Of a stretch of 64,000 nt of DNA, positions 37,428-49,257 are shown piece by piece. The stretch covers positions 5,817 to 69,816 of the forward strand of contig JAQGPJ010000079.1 in the NCBI GenBank assembly GCA_028293125.1. Reading direction: 5' to 3'. The DNA is from Verrucomicrobiales bacterium. Its GTDB lineage: Bacteria; Verrucomicrobiota; Verrucomicrobiia; Verrucomicrobiales; V1-33. Position numbers and translations under genes: made by a program. The notes beneath the pieces were generated by a model. That model was not told the DNA's origin. It searched no databases and saw only the letters and a list, made by a program, of their open reading frames with translations. Positions within the stretch are counted from its first letter, which is position 1. Each line of letters begins with the position of its first letter.

Positions 37428-38849
37428 ATGAACACCAACGATGGGGAAAAGGCACACGACTACGATTTCGCAGTCATCGGCGGCGGCAGCGCCGGTTACG
37501 CGGCGGCCAGGACGGCGGCTGGACTGGGTTTGAAAACGGTGGTCATCGACGGAGCGGAGGAACTGGGCGGACTCTGCATTCTGCGCGGCTGCATGCCCAG
37601 CAAGACGCTGATTCACACGGCCAATGTGGCGCTGAAGACCCGCAACGCGGCGGAATTCGGTGTGCGTGCCGCGTTTCAGGGAGTGGACACAGCGGCAGTG
37701 CGGCGGCGGAAGCGGGAGTTGATCGGTGAGTTTGCCGGCTACCGTCACGGGCAACTGGCGGACGGTCGGTTCGCCCTGCTGCGGGGCACCGCGGCTTTTT
37801 CAGGCTCCCACGAACTGCGGGTCACCCTGCGGGACGGCGGCGAAATCCTGAATGTCACCGCCAAAACCGTGCTCATCGCCACTGGATCCGTCATCGCTTG
37901 GCCGGAGGTGCCGGGGCTGGCGGAGACCGGAGTGTGGACCAGCGACACCGTGCTGGACGCGGAGGAGGTGCCGGCCTCCTTCATCGTTCTCGGCGGCGGT
38001 GCCATCGCGCTGGAGGCCGCGCATTATCTGGAGGGAATCGGGCGGCGGGTGACCGTTATTCAGCGCAGCGTCCACGTTCTCACGGGCATGGACCCCGATC
38101 TGGCGGTGGTGGTGGAGAGCAGCTTCGGCAAACGCATGACTCTGCACACCGGCACCAGGCTCCTGCGGGTGGAGCGGCTGCCAGAGGGCGGCGGAAAGCG
38201 CGTGGTTTTTGAAAAGGACGGAGCGGAGCACACCGCCGAAGCCGCGGAGGTGCTGCTGGCGCTGGGCCGGCGGGCGGCGGTGCAGGGACTTGATCCTGGG
38301 AAAGCCGGCGTGAACTGCGGCAGGGGATACATCGTGGTCTCCGGCACCATGCAGACCAGTGCATGCCACATCTTTGCTGCCGGTGATGTCTGCGGCCAGG
38401 CGGAGGTGGTGCATGTGGCGATCCAGCAGGGCGAATTGGCAGCGCGGAATGCCGCCCGGCTTCTGCGCGGGGATGACAGCCTGGAGAAAATGGATTACCG
38501 GCTGGGCCTGTTCGGCGTGTTCACGGAGCCGCAGGTGGCCTCTGTGGGGATGAACGAGGCGGGGGCGGCGGCCTCAGGGCGGAATTGGAAAGCGGCCAGC
38601 TATCCCTTCAACGACCACGGCAAATCCATGGTCATGGGGGAGACGGAGGGTTTTGTGAAAATGATCGCCGATACGGACACGGGTGAAATTCTGGGAGCCT
38701 CCGTGGTGGGGCCGGAGGCCGTGGAGCTGATTCATGAGGTGTGCGTGGCTATGCACTTCCACTGCACGGTCACGGAGTTTTTGAAAATTCCCTTCTATCA
38801 TCCCACACTCAGCGAGATCTGGACCTATCCGGCGGAGGATCTGCTGTGA
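37428..38849 (+). CDS. Class I pyridine nucleotide-disulfide oxidoreductase (dihydrolipoyl dehydrogenase / glutathione-reductase-like)
   Basis: FAD motif YDFAVIGGGSAGY and redox-active disulfide GGLCILRGCMPSK. NAD(P) motif FIVLGGGAIALE. Dimerisation-domain HPTLSE. There is no MerA-type C-terminal Cys pair. Confidence 0.85.
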   Translation: MNTNDGEKAHDYDFAVIGGGSAGYAAARTAAGLGLKTVVIDGAEELGGLCILRGCMPSKTLIHTANVALKTRNAAEFGVRAAFQGVDTAAVRRRKRELIGEFAGYRHGQLADGRFALLRGTAAFSGSHELRVTLRDGGEILNVTAKTVLIATGSVIAWPEVPGLAETGVWTSDTVLDAEEVPASFIVLGGGAIALEAAHYLEGIGRRVTVIQRSVHVLTGMDPDLAVVVESSFGKRMTLHTGTRLLRVERLPEGGGKRVVFEKDGAEHTAEAAEVLLALGRRAAVQGLDPGKAGVNCGRGYIVVSGTMQTSACHIFAAGDVCGQAEVVHVAIQQGELAARNAARLLRGDDSLEKMDYRLGLFGVFTEPQVASVGMNEAGAAASGRNWKAASYPFNDHGKSMVMGETEGFVKMIADTDTGEILGASVVGPEAVELIHEVCVAMHFHCTVTEFLKIPFYHPTLSEIWTYPAEDLL

Positions 38850-39000
38850 GGGGGGCCGGCGTGAGTCAGGTTGAAACCCGCCCCTCCGATGCCTGCAAGC
38901 AACCGGGTTGCCACGGGCGGGGAAGCGTGGAAGACTGCCGATTGGCCCGCGGTGTCTCCGCCGCCGGATAATTAGGCGCACGGTCCCTCCCCCACACTCC

Positions 39001-41532
39001 ATGATTGGCGATCTTATCAAAATCAAGCCTGATGAACTGCCCGCGCGGCGCGCTCCGGGGAAACCCTTCCTGCGCCGCAAATGGGTGCAGCGGACTGCCT
39101 TGGCCATGGTGCTGGGGATTCTGCTGGGCATCGTGGGAGTGCAGATTTGGCTGCAGCCCTACCGCAGGGCGGCGGACGCCTTCGATTTGTCGCAGCTGGA
39201 TAAACTGGAGGAGAGCAGCATCGTTTACGACCGGGCGGGCAGGGAGCTGGGGCGGCTGGCGGATGAGAACCGCGAGCTGGTGACCTTCAGCCAGATACCG
39301 GCCCATTTCATCGAGGCTCTGGTGGCCACTGAGGACAGCCGCTACTGGGAGCACAATGGTGTGGACTGGAAAGGGGTCGCCCGCGCCACGGTATGGAACA
39401 CGATCCAAGGTTCCAAGCGTCAGGGTGCCAGCACCATCACCCAGCAGCTCGCCCGTCAGACCTTTCAGATGTACAAGGAGAAAACCTTCAGCCGTAAAAT
39501 CCGGGAAGCCTTCGTGGCGGAGCGGATCGAGAGGACGCTGGGGGACAAGAAAAAAATTCTGGAGCTTTATCTGAACCGCATCTTTTTCGGCAGTAGCTTT
39601 TACGGCATCGGCGCCGCGGCCCGGGGCTATTTCAACAAGGAGGTGAAGGATCTGACCTTGGAGGAGGCCGCCCTGTTGGTGGGGCTGATCAAAAATCCGA
39701 ACCTTTACAATCCCATCAGCGGCAACAAGGATTACTCCCTGCGGGAACGGAACGAGGTTTTCGACCGCATGGTCCTGACCAAAAAAATGTCCGCCGAACA
39801 GGCAGCGGCACTGAAGGCCAAACCTTTGGAGATCAATCCCTCGGACAGCCTGCCGGCCAATGGCTATCTTCAGCAGGAGGTCCAGTCGGAGGTGGACCGC
39901 ATCCTGGAGCAGCAGGGCTATGAAGGCATCAGCGGCAAGGGTTTCAGAATTCATACCACCGTGGACGCGGTGCTTCAGCGCGCTGCGGAGAACAGTATCT
40001 CCCAGCGGCTGTCGGAGATTGAAAAGCTTCCGGAGTATCCCGCGGCCCCCGGACGGGAAACCCCGGCGGAGTACGCCAGAAAATGGGCCGGGATCCGCGC
40101 TGCTAAAAATCCCGCCGCCAAAAAGCCGGAAGTGGCCTATCTGCAAGGGGCCGCGCTGGTGATCGACAACAAAACCGGCGTGGTGCTGAGCATGGTGGGG
40201 GGCCGGGAGTTCAAGGACTCTCAATTCAACCGTGTCACCCAAGCCAAACGGGCCGCGGGCACGGCCATCACGCCTTTTGTCTACGCCACCGCCTTCGAGG
40301 GCAGCAGCTCCCCCGGCACCAGGGTGACCGACAAGCAGATGGACAACAAGCGCATCATGCTCGGCGGGGAGTATGGCACGCTCGGGGAATGGGGCTGCGA
40401 GACCCTGGAGCAGGCGCACGAGAATGAGATTTCCTACCGGCAGGCTCTGGCCCAAGGCAAAAACAACTGCGCCGCCCGCGTGGGCCTTGAAGTGGGAACG
40501 GACAAAGTGAAGGACTTCGCCAAGCGGGCCGGGCTGGGGGATGTCAGCACCGACCCCGCCATGCTTCTGGGCCGGCAGGATGTGAGCATCCGGGATATGG
40601 CCTTGGCCTACAGCGCCTTTCCCAATGAGGGCGTGCGGCCCACCGCACTTTCCCTGGTCACCAAAATTGAAAATGCCCAAGGGGAGGTGCTGTATCAGCG
40701 CCGGCCGGACAGCTATGAGCGGGCGCGGGTCACCGACCCCATCACCGCCTGGATGGTCCACAGCTGTCTGGAGGACACCCTGGCGGTGGGCACGGGCGCC
40801 CCGGCCAGGGATTTCGGACTCAAGGATTATCCGGCGGCGGGGAAATCCGGCACGCATCTCAACTACAACGATCTCTGGTTCGCCGGCTATGACAGCGCCG
40901 TGACCTGCGTGGTCTGGGCGGGATTGGACAGAGGGGGAGCCCCGGTTTATCCCAATGCCTTTGGCAACCGGGTGGCGCTGCCCATCTGGGTGGATATCAT
41001 GAACGCCTCCCAGACCAGTTTTCCGGCTGCGGAACTGTCCCCGCCGAAGGGGATCGAGGAGGTGGAGTTGTGCCAGATTTCCGGGAAGCTGGCCACGGAT
41101 TCCTGTCTGGAACTGCGGCCGGATCCGGTGGACCCTTCCCGCAACAAGCTCTTCAAATGCTCGTATCTGGAGTATTTCCGGCCCGGATTCCGCATGACTC
41201 AGGTCTGTGATGTCCACAGCGGCCACAGCGACGCCATGCCTCCTCCTCCGGTGCTTCTGGCTCCGGCCCTCGCCGGCCCCGCAGGGGTGGGAATGGCGGT
41301 GGATGTGGAGGAGTCCATTCCGGTGCCGCTGAAAGCTCCTACGGTAGTGGGCAGCGACCCCTACAACGCCATCACCGGTGAGGTGGCGTCTGCCGGCAGC
41401 CCGGGCAGTCCGCCACCCCGTGCCGGCGTGGTCAAGGAGCTGCCCATGCAGCCCTTCACGCCATCTGTTTCCAATCCTGCGGCGGAGCAGAATCCCTTCC
41501 TGCCACGCCAGCCCAAAGCCACCGTGGACTGA
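39001..41532 (+). CDS. mrcA: Penicillin-binding protein 1A (bifunctional glycosyltransferase/transpeptidase)
   Basis: ATG at 39001. GT51 motifs ATEDSRYWEHNGVD, GASTITQQLAR and RKIREA. Transpeptidase motifs SGTH.. and KSGT. N-terminal TM segment. Confidence 0.9.
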   Translation: MIGDLIKIKPDELPARRAPGKPFLRRKWVQRTALAMVLGILLGIVGVQIWLQPYRRAADAFDLSQLDKLEESSIVYDRAGRELGRLADENRELVTFSQIPAHFIEALVATEDSRYWEHNGVDWKGVARATVWNTIQGSKRQGASTITQQLARQTFQMYKEKTFSRKIREAFVAERIERTLGDKKKILELYLNRIFFGSSFYGIGAAARGYFNKEVKDLTLEEAALLVGLIKNPNLYNPISGNKDYSLRERNEVFDRMVLTKKMSAEQAAALKAKPLEINPSDSLPANGYLQQEVQSEVDRILEQQGYEGISGKGFRIHTTVDAVLQRAAENSISQRLSEIEKLPEYPAAPGRETPAEYARKWAGIRAAKNPAAKKPEVAYLQGAALVIDNKTGVVLSMVGGREFKDSQFNRVTQAKRAAGTAITPFVYATAFEGSSSPGTRVTDKQMDNKRIMLGGEYGTLGEWGCETLEQAHENEISYRQALAQGKNNCAARVGLEVGTDKVKDFAKRAGLGDVSTDPAMLLGRQDVSIRDMALAYSAFPNEGVRPTALSLVTKIENAQGEVLYQRRPDSYERARVTDPITAWMVHSCLEDTLAVGTGAPARDFGLKDYPAAGKSGTHLNYNDLWFAGYDSAVTCVVWAGLDRGGAPVYPNAFGNRVALPIWVDIMNASQTSFPAAELSPPKGIEEVELCQISGKLATDSCLELRPDPVDPSRNKLFKCSYLEYFRPGFRMTQVCDVHSGHSDAMPPPPVLLAPALAGPAGVGMAVDVEESIPVPLKAPTVVGSDPYNAITGEVASAGSPGSPPPRAGVVKELPMQPFTPSVSNPAAEQNPFLPRQPKATVD

Positions 41533-41669
41533 CCGACTCCGGGGCCCGCAATTTCCCGTTGGCGGATTGGAGGAAAAACCGTTCCTTCCCAACCGTTGTT
41601 CCTATGTTCCGGACTCGGGAAATAGCCCTGCCGTTCCTTTTCCAATTTCCTCCCCTTTCAGGTTTTCCC

Positions 41670-42452
41670 ATGCCCCGCGAGCAGCTTGTCCTCCTTCTGG
41701 CCTCCCTGTGTTATCTGGGCGGCTTTGGGTATGCGGCGTGGACGCTGCGGCACGGACAGTACCGTCCCGGCACTTGGAAGCTGGGCGTCATGGCGGCGGG
41801 CGCGTTTTTCCAGACACTTTTTCTGCACTGGCGCGGGCAGGCTATCGGGGGATGCCCGATGACCAATTCCTTCGAACTGTTCACCTTTGTCAGCTGGGCC
41901 ATCGTCCTGCTGTATTTTGTGGTCGGCCCCGCCTACCGGCTTTCCCTGCTGGGAGTGTTCACTTCCCCGTTGGCTCTTATTTTTCAATCCGCCGCGCTGC
42001 TGCAGCCGGAGGCGTGGCAGCCGGCGGTGCGCCGCACCTCTTTCGGCTTCTGGCCGGAGCTGCACGCTGCGCTGTCCCTGGTGGCCTACGGCGCGTTTGC
42101 TTTGGCCTGCACCGCCGGCATCATGTTCCTCATTCAGGACCGCCAGCTCAAGCACCACCACATTTCCCCTGTTTTCCGGCAGCTGCCCCCCATCCACTAC
42201 ATCACCCGCGCCATCCGGGGCCTGATCCTCACCGGCACCCTGCTGCTCACCGCCGGTATCATCTGCGCCTACCAGATGGACAAGCGGCCCACGGAGGCCA
42301 AACTGGCTGTCGTGTGGATCGTCTGGGGACTCTACGCCGGCATGCTGGCATATGATTACTGGCGGGGCATGTCCGCCCGCCGTGCCGCCGCGGCGGCGGC
42401 CCTGGGTTTTCTGGTCCCTGTCGCCAGCCTCTGGTTTGTCGGTGCCCACTGA
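41670..42452 (+). CDS. Cytochrome c assembly-family membrane protein (HemX/YpjD/CcsA-like)
   Basis: ATG at 41670. About 8 TM segments. Positioned immediately upstream of hemA, as hemX is in hemAXC-type clusters. Confidence 0.65.
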   Translation: MPREQLVLLLASLCYLGGFGYAAWTLRHGQYRPGTWKLGVMAAGAFFQTLFLHWRGQAIGGCPMTNSFELFTFVSWAIVLLYFVVGPAYRLSLLGVFTSPLALIFQSAALLQPEAWQPAVRRTSFGFWPELHAALSLVAYGAFALACTAGIMFLIQDRQLKHHHISPVFRQLPPIHYITRAIRGLILTGTLLLTAGIICAYQMDKRPTEAKLAVVWIVWGLYAGMLAYDYWRGMSARRAAAAAALGFLVPVASLWFVGAH

Positions 42453-42499
42453 CATTGACTGGACCCTTTCTTTCCCAGCCAAACCCACCCCTGAACCGC

Positions 42500-43549
42500 A
42501 TGTCCCTTCTCTGCCTCGGCCTCAGCCACACGCACACCCCTGTGGAAGTGCGGGAACGTGTGGCCGTGCCTGGCAAGGATCTGTCGGAGGCCGTGCAGGC
42601 GCTGACCGCGCTGGAGGATGTGGAGGAGGCCGTGATTGTCTCCACCTGCAACCGCATGGAGATCTACGCCGCCAGCCAGTCGCCGGGAGCGGCGGCGGCC
42701 CAGCTGGACGCCTGGCTGCGCCGGCGGTTTCATCTCGAAAGCGGCCTCGAATTTTTCCAGTACCGCCGGGAGGCCGCCGCCCGCCACCTTTTCTCCGTCG
42801 CCAGCGGACTGGACTCCATGGTGCTGGGGGAGACGGAAATCTTCGGACAGCTGAAGGCAGCCTACGCCGCCGCCCACGCCGCCGGCACCACCGCCCGGAT
42901 GCTGAACAAGCTGTTCCAGGAGTCCTTCCGGGTTGGCAAGGCAGTGCGCAACGGCACCGAAATCCAGCGCGGCTCCACCTCCGTGGGGTCCGTCGCCGTG
43001 GAGCTGGCGGAGAAAATCTTCGGGGATCTACGGGACAGCCATGTCATGCTGCTGGGCGCGGGTGACATGAGCCGCCGCTGCGCCCAGAGCCTGCAGAGCC
43101 GGGGAGCCAAGGGCATCATCGTCTCGAACCGCAGCCGCGACCGGGCCGTGGAGCTGGCCACGGAGATGGGCGGCCAAGCCATCGCCTTCGAGGACTGGCC
43201 GGTCCGCACCGCCGGCGTGGACGTGATCATCAGCTCCACCGCTGCCCCGCACACGGTTATTCATCCCGAGCAGATTCTGCCGGCCATGCGCCGCCGCCGG
43301 GGCCGGCCTCTTTTCATCATTGATATCGCCGTGCCCCGTGATGTCGATCCCCGGGTCCACGCCATTGAGGGGGTTTACCTTTACGATATCGACGCCCTCG
43401 AAACCCAGGCCGCCGAAACCCGGCAGCGGCGCGCCCGTGAGATTGAGCGCTGCCTTGCCATTATCGAGGAGCACGTCAAATCTTCGCCTCTCTTCGCTCC
43501 GGCCCCTCAGCCTGGCGCTCCCTCCCCCCGCTCTCTCACGCACACATGA
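42500..43549 (+). CDS. hemA: Glutamyl-tRNA reductase
   Basis: MSLLCLGLSHTHTPVEVRE, the active-site region VSTCNRMEIY, GETEIFGQLK, and NADPH motif LLGAGDMS. Confidence 0.9.
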   Translation: MSLLCLGLSHTHTPVEVRERVAVPGKDLSEAVQALTALEDVEEAVIVSTCNRMEIYAASQSPGAAAAQLDAWLRRRFHLESGLEFFQYRREAAARHLFSVASGLDSMVLGETEIFGQLKAAYAAAHAAGTTARMLNKLFQESFRVGKAVRNGTEIQRGSTSVGSVAVELAEKIFGDLRDSHVMLLGAGDMSRRCAQSLQSRGAKGIIVSNRSRDRAVELATEMGGQAIAFEDWPVRTAGVDVIISSTAAPHTVIHPEQILPAMRRRRGRPLFIIDIAVPRDVDPRVHAIEGVYLYDIDALETQAAETRQRRAREIERCLAIIEEHVKSSPLFAPAPQPGAPSPRSLTHT

Positions 43550-44481
43550 CCGAACTTCTCCTGGGCACGCGCGGCAGCGAACTCGCTCTCGCCCAAACCG
43601 TCCTCACCACCGCCGCCCTCCGCCACGCCCTGCCGGATCTTCAGGTCAGCCACCGAATCATCAAAACTGCCGGCGACCTGCGTCCGGACTTGAAGCTGGC
43701 CGATTTCTCCAAAGGGGCCGACCCCGTGGTGGACAAGGGAATCTTCACCCGCGAGCTGGAGAATGCCCTGCGTGAGGGCTCAGTGCAGGCTGCCGTTCAC
43801 AGTCTCAAGGACGTGCCCACCCTGCTGGATGAGGGGTTCAAAATCAGTGCCGTGCTGCCCCGCGCACCCATTGAGGATGTGCTCATCACCAAAACGCCGG
43901 GCGGTCTGGACGCTCTGCCCCCCGGCTCCATCGTGGCCACCAGCAGCGTGCGCCGGGTGCGCCTGCTGAAGCATCTGCGTCCCGACCTCGTCACGGTGGA
44001 TATCCGTGGCAATGTGCCCACCCGTCTCCGCAAAGTGGCGGAGGCTCCGGATATCGATGGCGTGATCCTCGCCCGCGCCGGCCTGCTGCGGCTGAGACTT
44101 TTCCATGAAACGCTGAATGATTTCGGCTGTCGGCTGCACCTCAGCGTTCTGAACCCCGAAATCTTTCTCCCCGCCGCCAGCCAGGGAGCGGTGGCCATCG
44201 AAACCTGGCGGGAGACGCCGGAACTGGCGGACGTTCTGGCCCGCATCAACCACCCGGAGACTTTTGTCCGTATCACGGCGGAACGCCGCTTTCTGGCCCT
44301 GCTGGAGGCGGGCTGCCAGACTCCGGTGGGGGTTCACTCTTGGATCGCCGGGGATCAGCTCAGCCTCAGGGCGCTCGTTTTCCCGGATCATGGCGATGCC
44401 GCTCCACAGGCGGCGGAGGCCAGTGCCTCCTGGACCGAGCCGGAGGCTGCCGCCCACGCGCTTTTCGACGCGTTGCGTTGA
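43546..44481 (+). CDS. hemC: Hydroxymethylbilane synthase (porphobilinogen deaminase)
   Basis: LLGTRGSELALAQT, HSLKDVPT, RGNVPTRLRK, and the cofactor-Cys region LEAGCQTPVG. ATGA overlap with hemA. Confidence 0.92.
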   Translation: MTELLLGTRGSELALAQTVLTTAALRHALPDLQVSHRIIKTAGDLRPDLKLADFSKGADPVVDKGIFTRELENALREGSVQAAVHSLKDVPTLLDEGFKISAVLPRAPIEDVLITKTPGGLDALPPGSIVATSSVRRVRLLKHLRPDLVTVDIRGNVPTRLRKVAEAPDIDGVILARAGLLRLRLFHETLNDFGCRLHLSVLNPEIFLPAASQGAVAIETWRETPELADVLARINHPETFVRITAERRFLALLEAGCQTPVGVHSWIAGDQLSLRALVFPDHGDAAPQAAEASASWTEPEAAAHALFDALR

Positions 44482-44642
44482 TTTCAAAGTCCGGATTTCA
44501 AATCTGAATCTCAAATCCTGAATTTCAGATTTCAGATTGCAAACGCCGGCTTCCACCGGTCAGGACCGCCGCTCCCTGTTTGGATGCTAACCGTTGGCAT
44601 GGGCTTGCGGCCTTCATAGGAATATGGAAATTTGCGGAATTC

Positions 44643-46049
44643 ATGTTCCACATCGATTCCGATGCCGGTCGTTCCCTTCCTGGCCCCTGGGCCGGGATAG
44701 TGTTTCTTTTGAAGGCGGCGGTGCTGCGATGGAAACGGCGCTGGCGGGACAGAGGCCGGCGTCGGCTGCGGTATGCTCCGCGGACGGATGCGGCGGACAC
44801 CGGTCGGAACGGGCCGGTGATCCGGACGGAGAAACGATCGGCCCTGTGGGGCCAGCCCACGGCGGTGGAGTTTCCACTGACGGCGGGCAAGGTGGAGAAC
44901 CTGCGGCGGGCGGCGCGGGATTTCCAGGGGCTGGAAATTCCAGCGGGAGGTGTGCTCAGCTTCTGGCGGCAGTTGGGAAGGCCCGTGCGGCGGCGGGGAT
45001 TTGTGCCGGGACGGGGATTGCGGGAGGGCTGTGTCATCCCGGTGGGCGGAGGGTTGTGCCAGTTGAGCGGACTGCTTTATCAGGCGGCGCTGGAGGCGGG
45101 GCTGGAGATGGTGGAGCGCCATGCCCATTCCCGGACTCTGCCAGGATCGTCCGCGGAGCAGGGACTGGATGCCACGGTGTTCTGGAACTATGTGGACCTG
45201 CGCCTGCGGAGTCCAGCCTCCTGGCGGCTGGAGGTGGAGCTGACGGCCTCGGAATTGATCGTCCGTATCCTGCGGTCCGCCACAGTCGGAGCGGAAAGCC
45301 GCGTGGTCACAAACGGGAAACCTTCCGCCGGAATTTCTCCCGCCGCCACCGTCAGGCACGCTCCGTCGCTGGGGCACTCCGCTTTTCTGCTGGATGCACG
45401 CTGGCCGGAGTTCGACGACTGGTGCGCCGGGCACTCAAGGGAAGGGGACCGCTGGCTGACGTCCATGGACGGGCGGCGATGGAGAAAGCGGAACTATGCG
45501 TGGACTCCGGCACCGGGCGTCCGGGTGGTTCATGCCATTCTGACAGCGCTGCTGCGTTCCTTCCGGCAGCGGCGTCTGCCCGCGCAGGGAGCCGTCCGCC
45601 AGCAGGCTCTTCTGGCGGGGGATGAAGTCTTGGCCCACGCCTATGCCCGGCAACTGAAACCGGAGTGCCGTCATCTGGTGGTTTCCCAGAATCTTCTTCC
45701 GCACCTGTGGCGCGCCGGAGTGCTGGCCGGACGCACTGTCGATGTGCTGATGCACCGCTGGCTTGCCGGTGCGGGAGCTACAGCGGCAGCTGGATCTGGC
45801 CCTGCAAACCCACCGCCAATCCTCGACCCTGGGCGACTCCCGGGCCGGCAACAGGCTGATTCAGGCGGAGGATGCCGCATTGGCCGCAGCAGCCCGGCTT
45901 GTGACCCCGCACCGCGCTATGGCGCAGACTGCAGGTGCCAGGAGCTGGCTTATCGACTGGCACTTCCCGCCGCCTCTGGTCCGCAAGCCCTCCGCCCGGC
46001 TATCCATCCTGTTCCCGGCATCGCGTCTTTCCCGCAAGGGAGTCCATGA
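44643..46049 (+). CDS. VanW-domain protein; the 3' end of this ORF appears out of frame (see next feature)
   Basis: VanW signature FWRQLGRPVRRRGFVPGRGL..GGGLCQLSGLLYQAALEAGLEMVERHAHS. After about 45760 the translation becomes G/A/P/R-rich and looks like noise, while the +1 frame becomes protein-like. Confidence 0.6.
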   Translation: MFHIDSDAGRSLPGPWAGIVFLLKAAVLRWKRRWRDRGRRRLRYAPRTDAADTGRNGPVIRTEKRSALWGQPTAVEFPLTAGKVENLRRAARDFQGLEIPAGGVLSFWRQLGRPVRRRGFVPGRGLREGCVIPVGGGLCQLSGLLYQAALEAGLEMVERHAHSRTLPGSSAEQGLDATVFWNYVDLRLRSPASWRLEVELTASELIVRILRSATVGAESRVVTNGKPSAGISPAATVRHAPSLGHSAFLLDARWPEFDDWCAGHSREGDRWLTSMDGRRWRKRNYAWTPAPGVRVVHAILTALLRSFRQRRLPAQGAVRQQALLAGDEVLAHAYARQLKPECRHLVVSQNLLPHLWRAGVLAGRTVDVLMHRWLAGAGATAAAGSGPANPPPILDPGRLPGRQQADSGGGCRIGRSSPACDPAPRYGADCRCQELAYRLALPAASGPQALRPAIHPVPGIASFPQGSP

Positions 46050-46440
46050 ATTGGAGGAGGTGTTGCGCACTTTGCCGGAAGTGGAACTCAAAGTCTTGGG
46101 CCGGGCTACAGAGTCCGGCCCGGATCCTTTGGCTGGCATCAATTGGTCACCTGCGGCACCTGAAAATCTGGCCTCTGCATGGGTGGTCGTGATTCCCGCC
46201 TGGATCGAGCACCAGCCGCGCCTTGCGCTCCAAGCTCTCGCCAGCGGCATTCCCGTCATCGCCACCGCTGCCTGCGGTCTGCCGGATCATCCGCTGCTGT
46301 ACCTTTTACTAGAGCCGGATGCGGTGCGGTTGGCCGATGTATTGCGCGCCGTGATCCTGAACTGTTCCGGGGAGAGGCCGAACAGTTCAGTTTCCTCCCT
46401 GCCGCAGCCTTTTTGGAGCAGTCTTAATTTCAGTCCCTGA
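45763..46440 (+). CDS. Glycosyltransferase-like C-terminal segment, probably the continuation of the VanW ORF after a frameshift
   Basis: (L)PVRELQRQLDLALQTH...RLVTPHRAMAQ...ILFPASRLSRKGVHELEEVL..VELKVLGR..VVIPAWIEHQPRLALQALASGIPVIATAACGLPDH resembles a GT-B C-terminal half. There is no ATG or RBS, only a TTG at 45763. Confidence 0.45.
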   Translation: MPVRELQRQLDLALQTHRQSSTLGDSRAGNRLIQAEDAALAAAARLVTPHRAMAQTAGARSWLIDWHFPPPLVRKPSARLSILFPASRLSRKGVHELEEVLRTLPEVELKVLGRATESGPDPLAGINWSPAAPENLASAWVVVIPAWIEHQPRLALQALASGIPVIATAACGLPDHPLLYLLLEPDAVRLADVLRAVILNCSGERPNSSVSSLPQPFWSSLNFSP

Positions 46441-46491
46441 AATTTACAGATGCGGATAATCCGCATAGGCTGGCAGCCGCTGCCTACCCTT

Positions 46492-46784
46492 TCACCGGTG
46501 CAGGGCATCAAGCACTGCTTCAGGATGACGTTCCGCCACCCGGAGAAGGGAGCGCGCAGTGCCTTCGGGCCGGCGGGTAGCCCTGTTCCCAATTTTGGAG
46601 AGTGCGTGCGCTGATACCGACCAGCACACCAGACTGTGTCTGGCTCATGCCGAGTTTCTCCCGGACCGCACGGGCATCCGATGCATGCAGTTCAGTGCTG
46701 CGGGCAGGTTTTTTCAGTCCCGCGCAGAATGGCTCCGTCCTCCCTGAGACTGGCGGCAAGCTGCTGGAGGAGTTCGTCGTTCAT
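46492..46784 (-). pseudogene. NadS/HigA-like HTH antitoxin remnant with two frameshifts
   Basis: Read across three frames: MNDELLQQLAASLREDGAILRGTEK, then (K)PARSTELHASDARAVREKLGMSQTQSGVLVGISARTLQNWEQG, then ..RRPEGTARSLLRVAERHPEAVLDALHR*. Total length is 293 nt, not a multiple of 3. The first shift is at an A6 run. No toxin gene is adjacent. Confidence 0.55.
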
Positions 46785-46844
46785 GGGTGATGACGCTCCG
46801 GGAAGCACCAGAGTTTCCCGGAGCGCTCAAAAATGATGCTTATT

Positions 46845-49139
<2,295 letters not shown>

Positions 49140-49257
49140 TCAAAAGCAATTGCTCCGGCACTGCGGGTTCATGAAGGCGCCATGACCGGTGCGTGCGGGA
49201 CTGGATCGGAGTGCCAGCCATTGCACCGGACACTCTCCGGTGCCTTGGCCGGACCTG

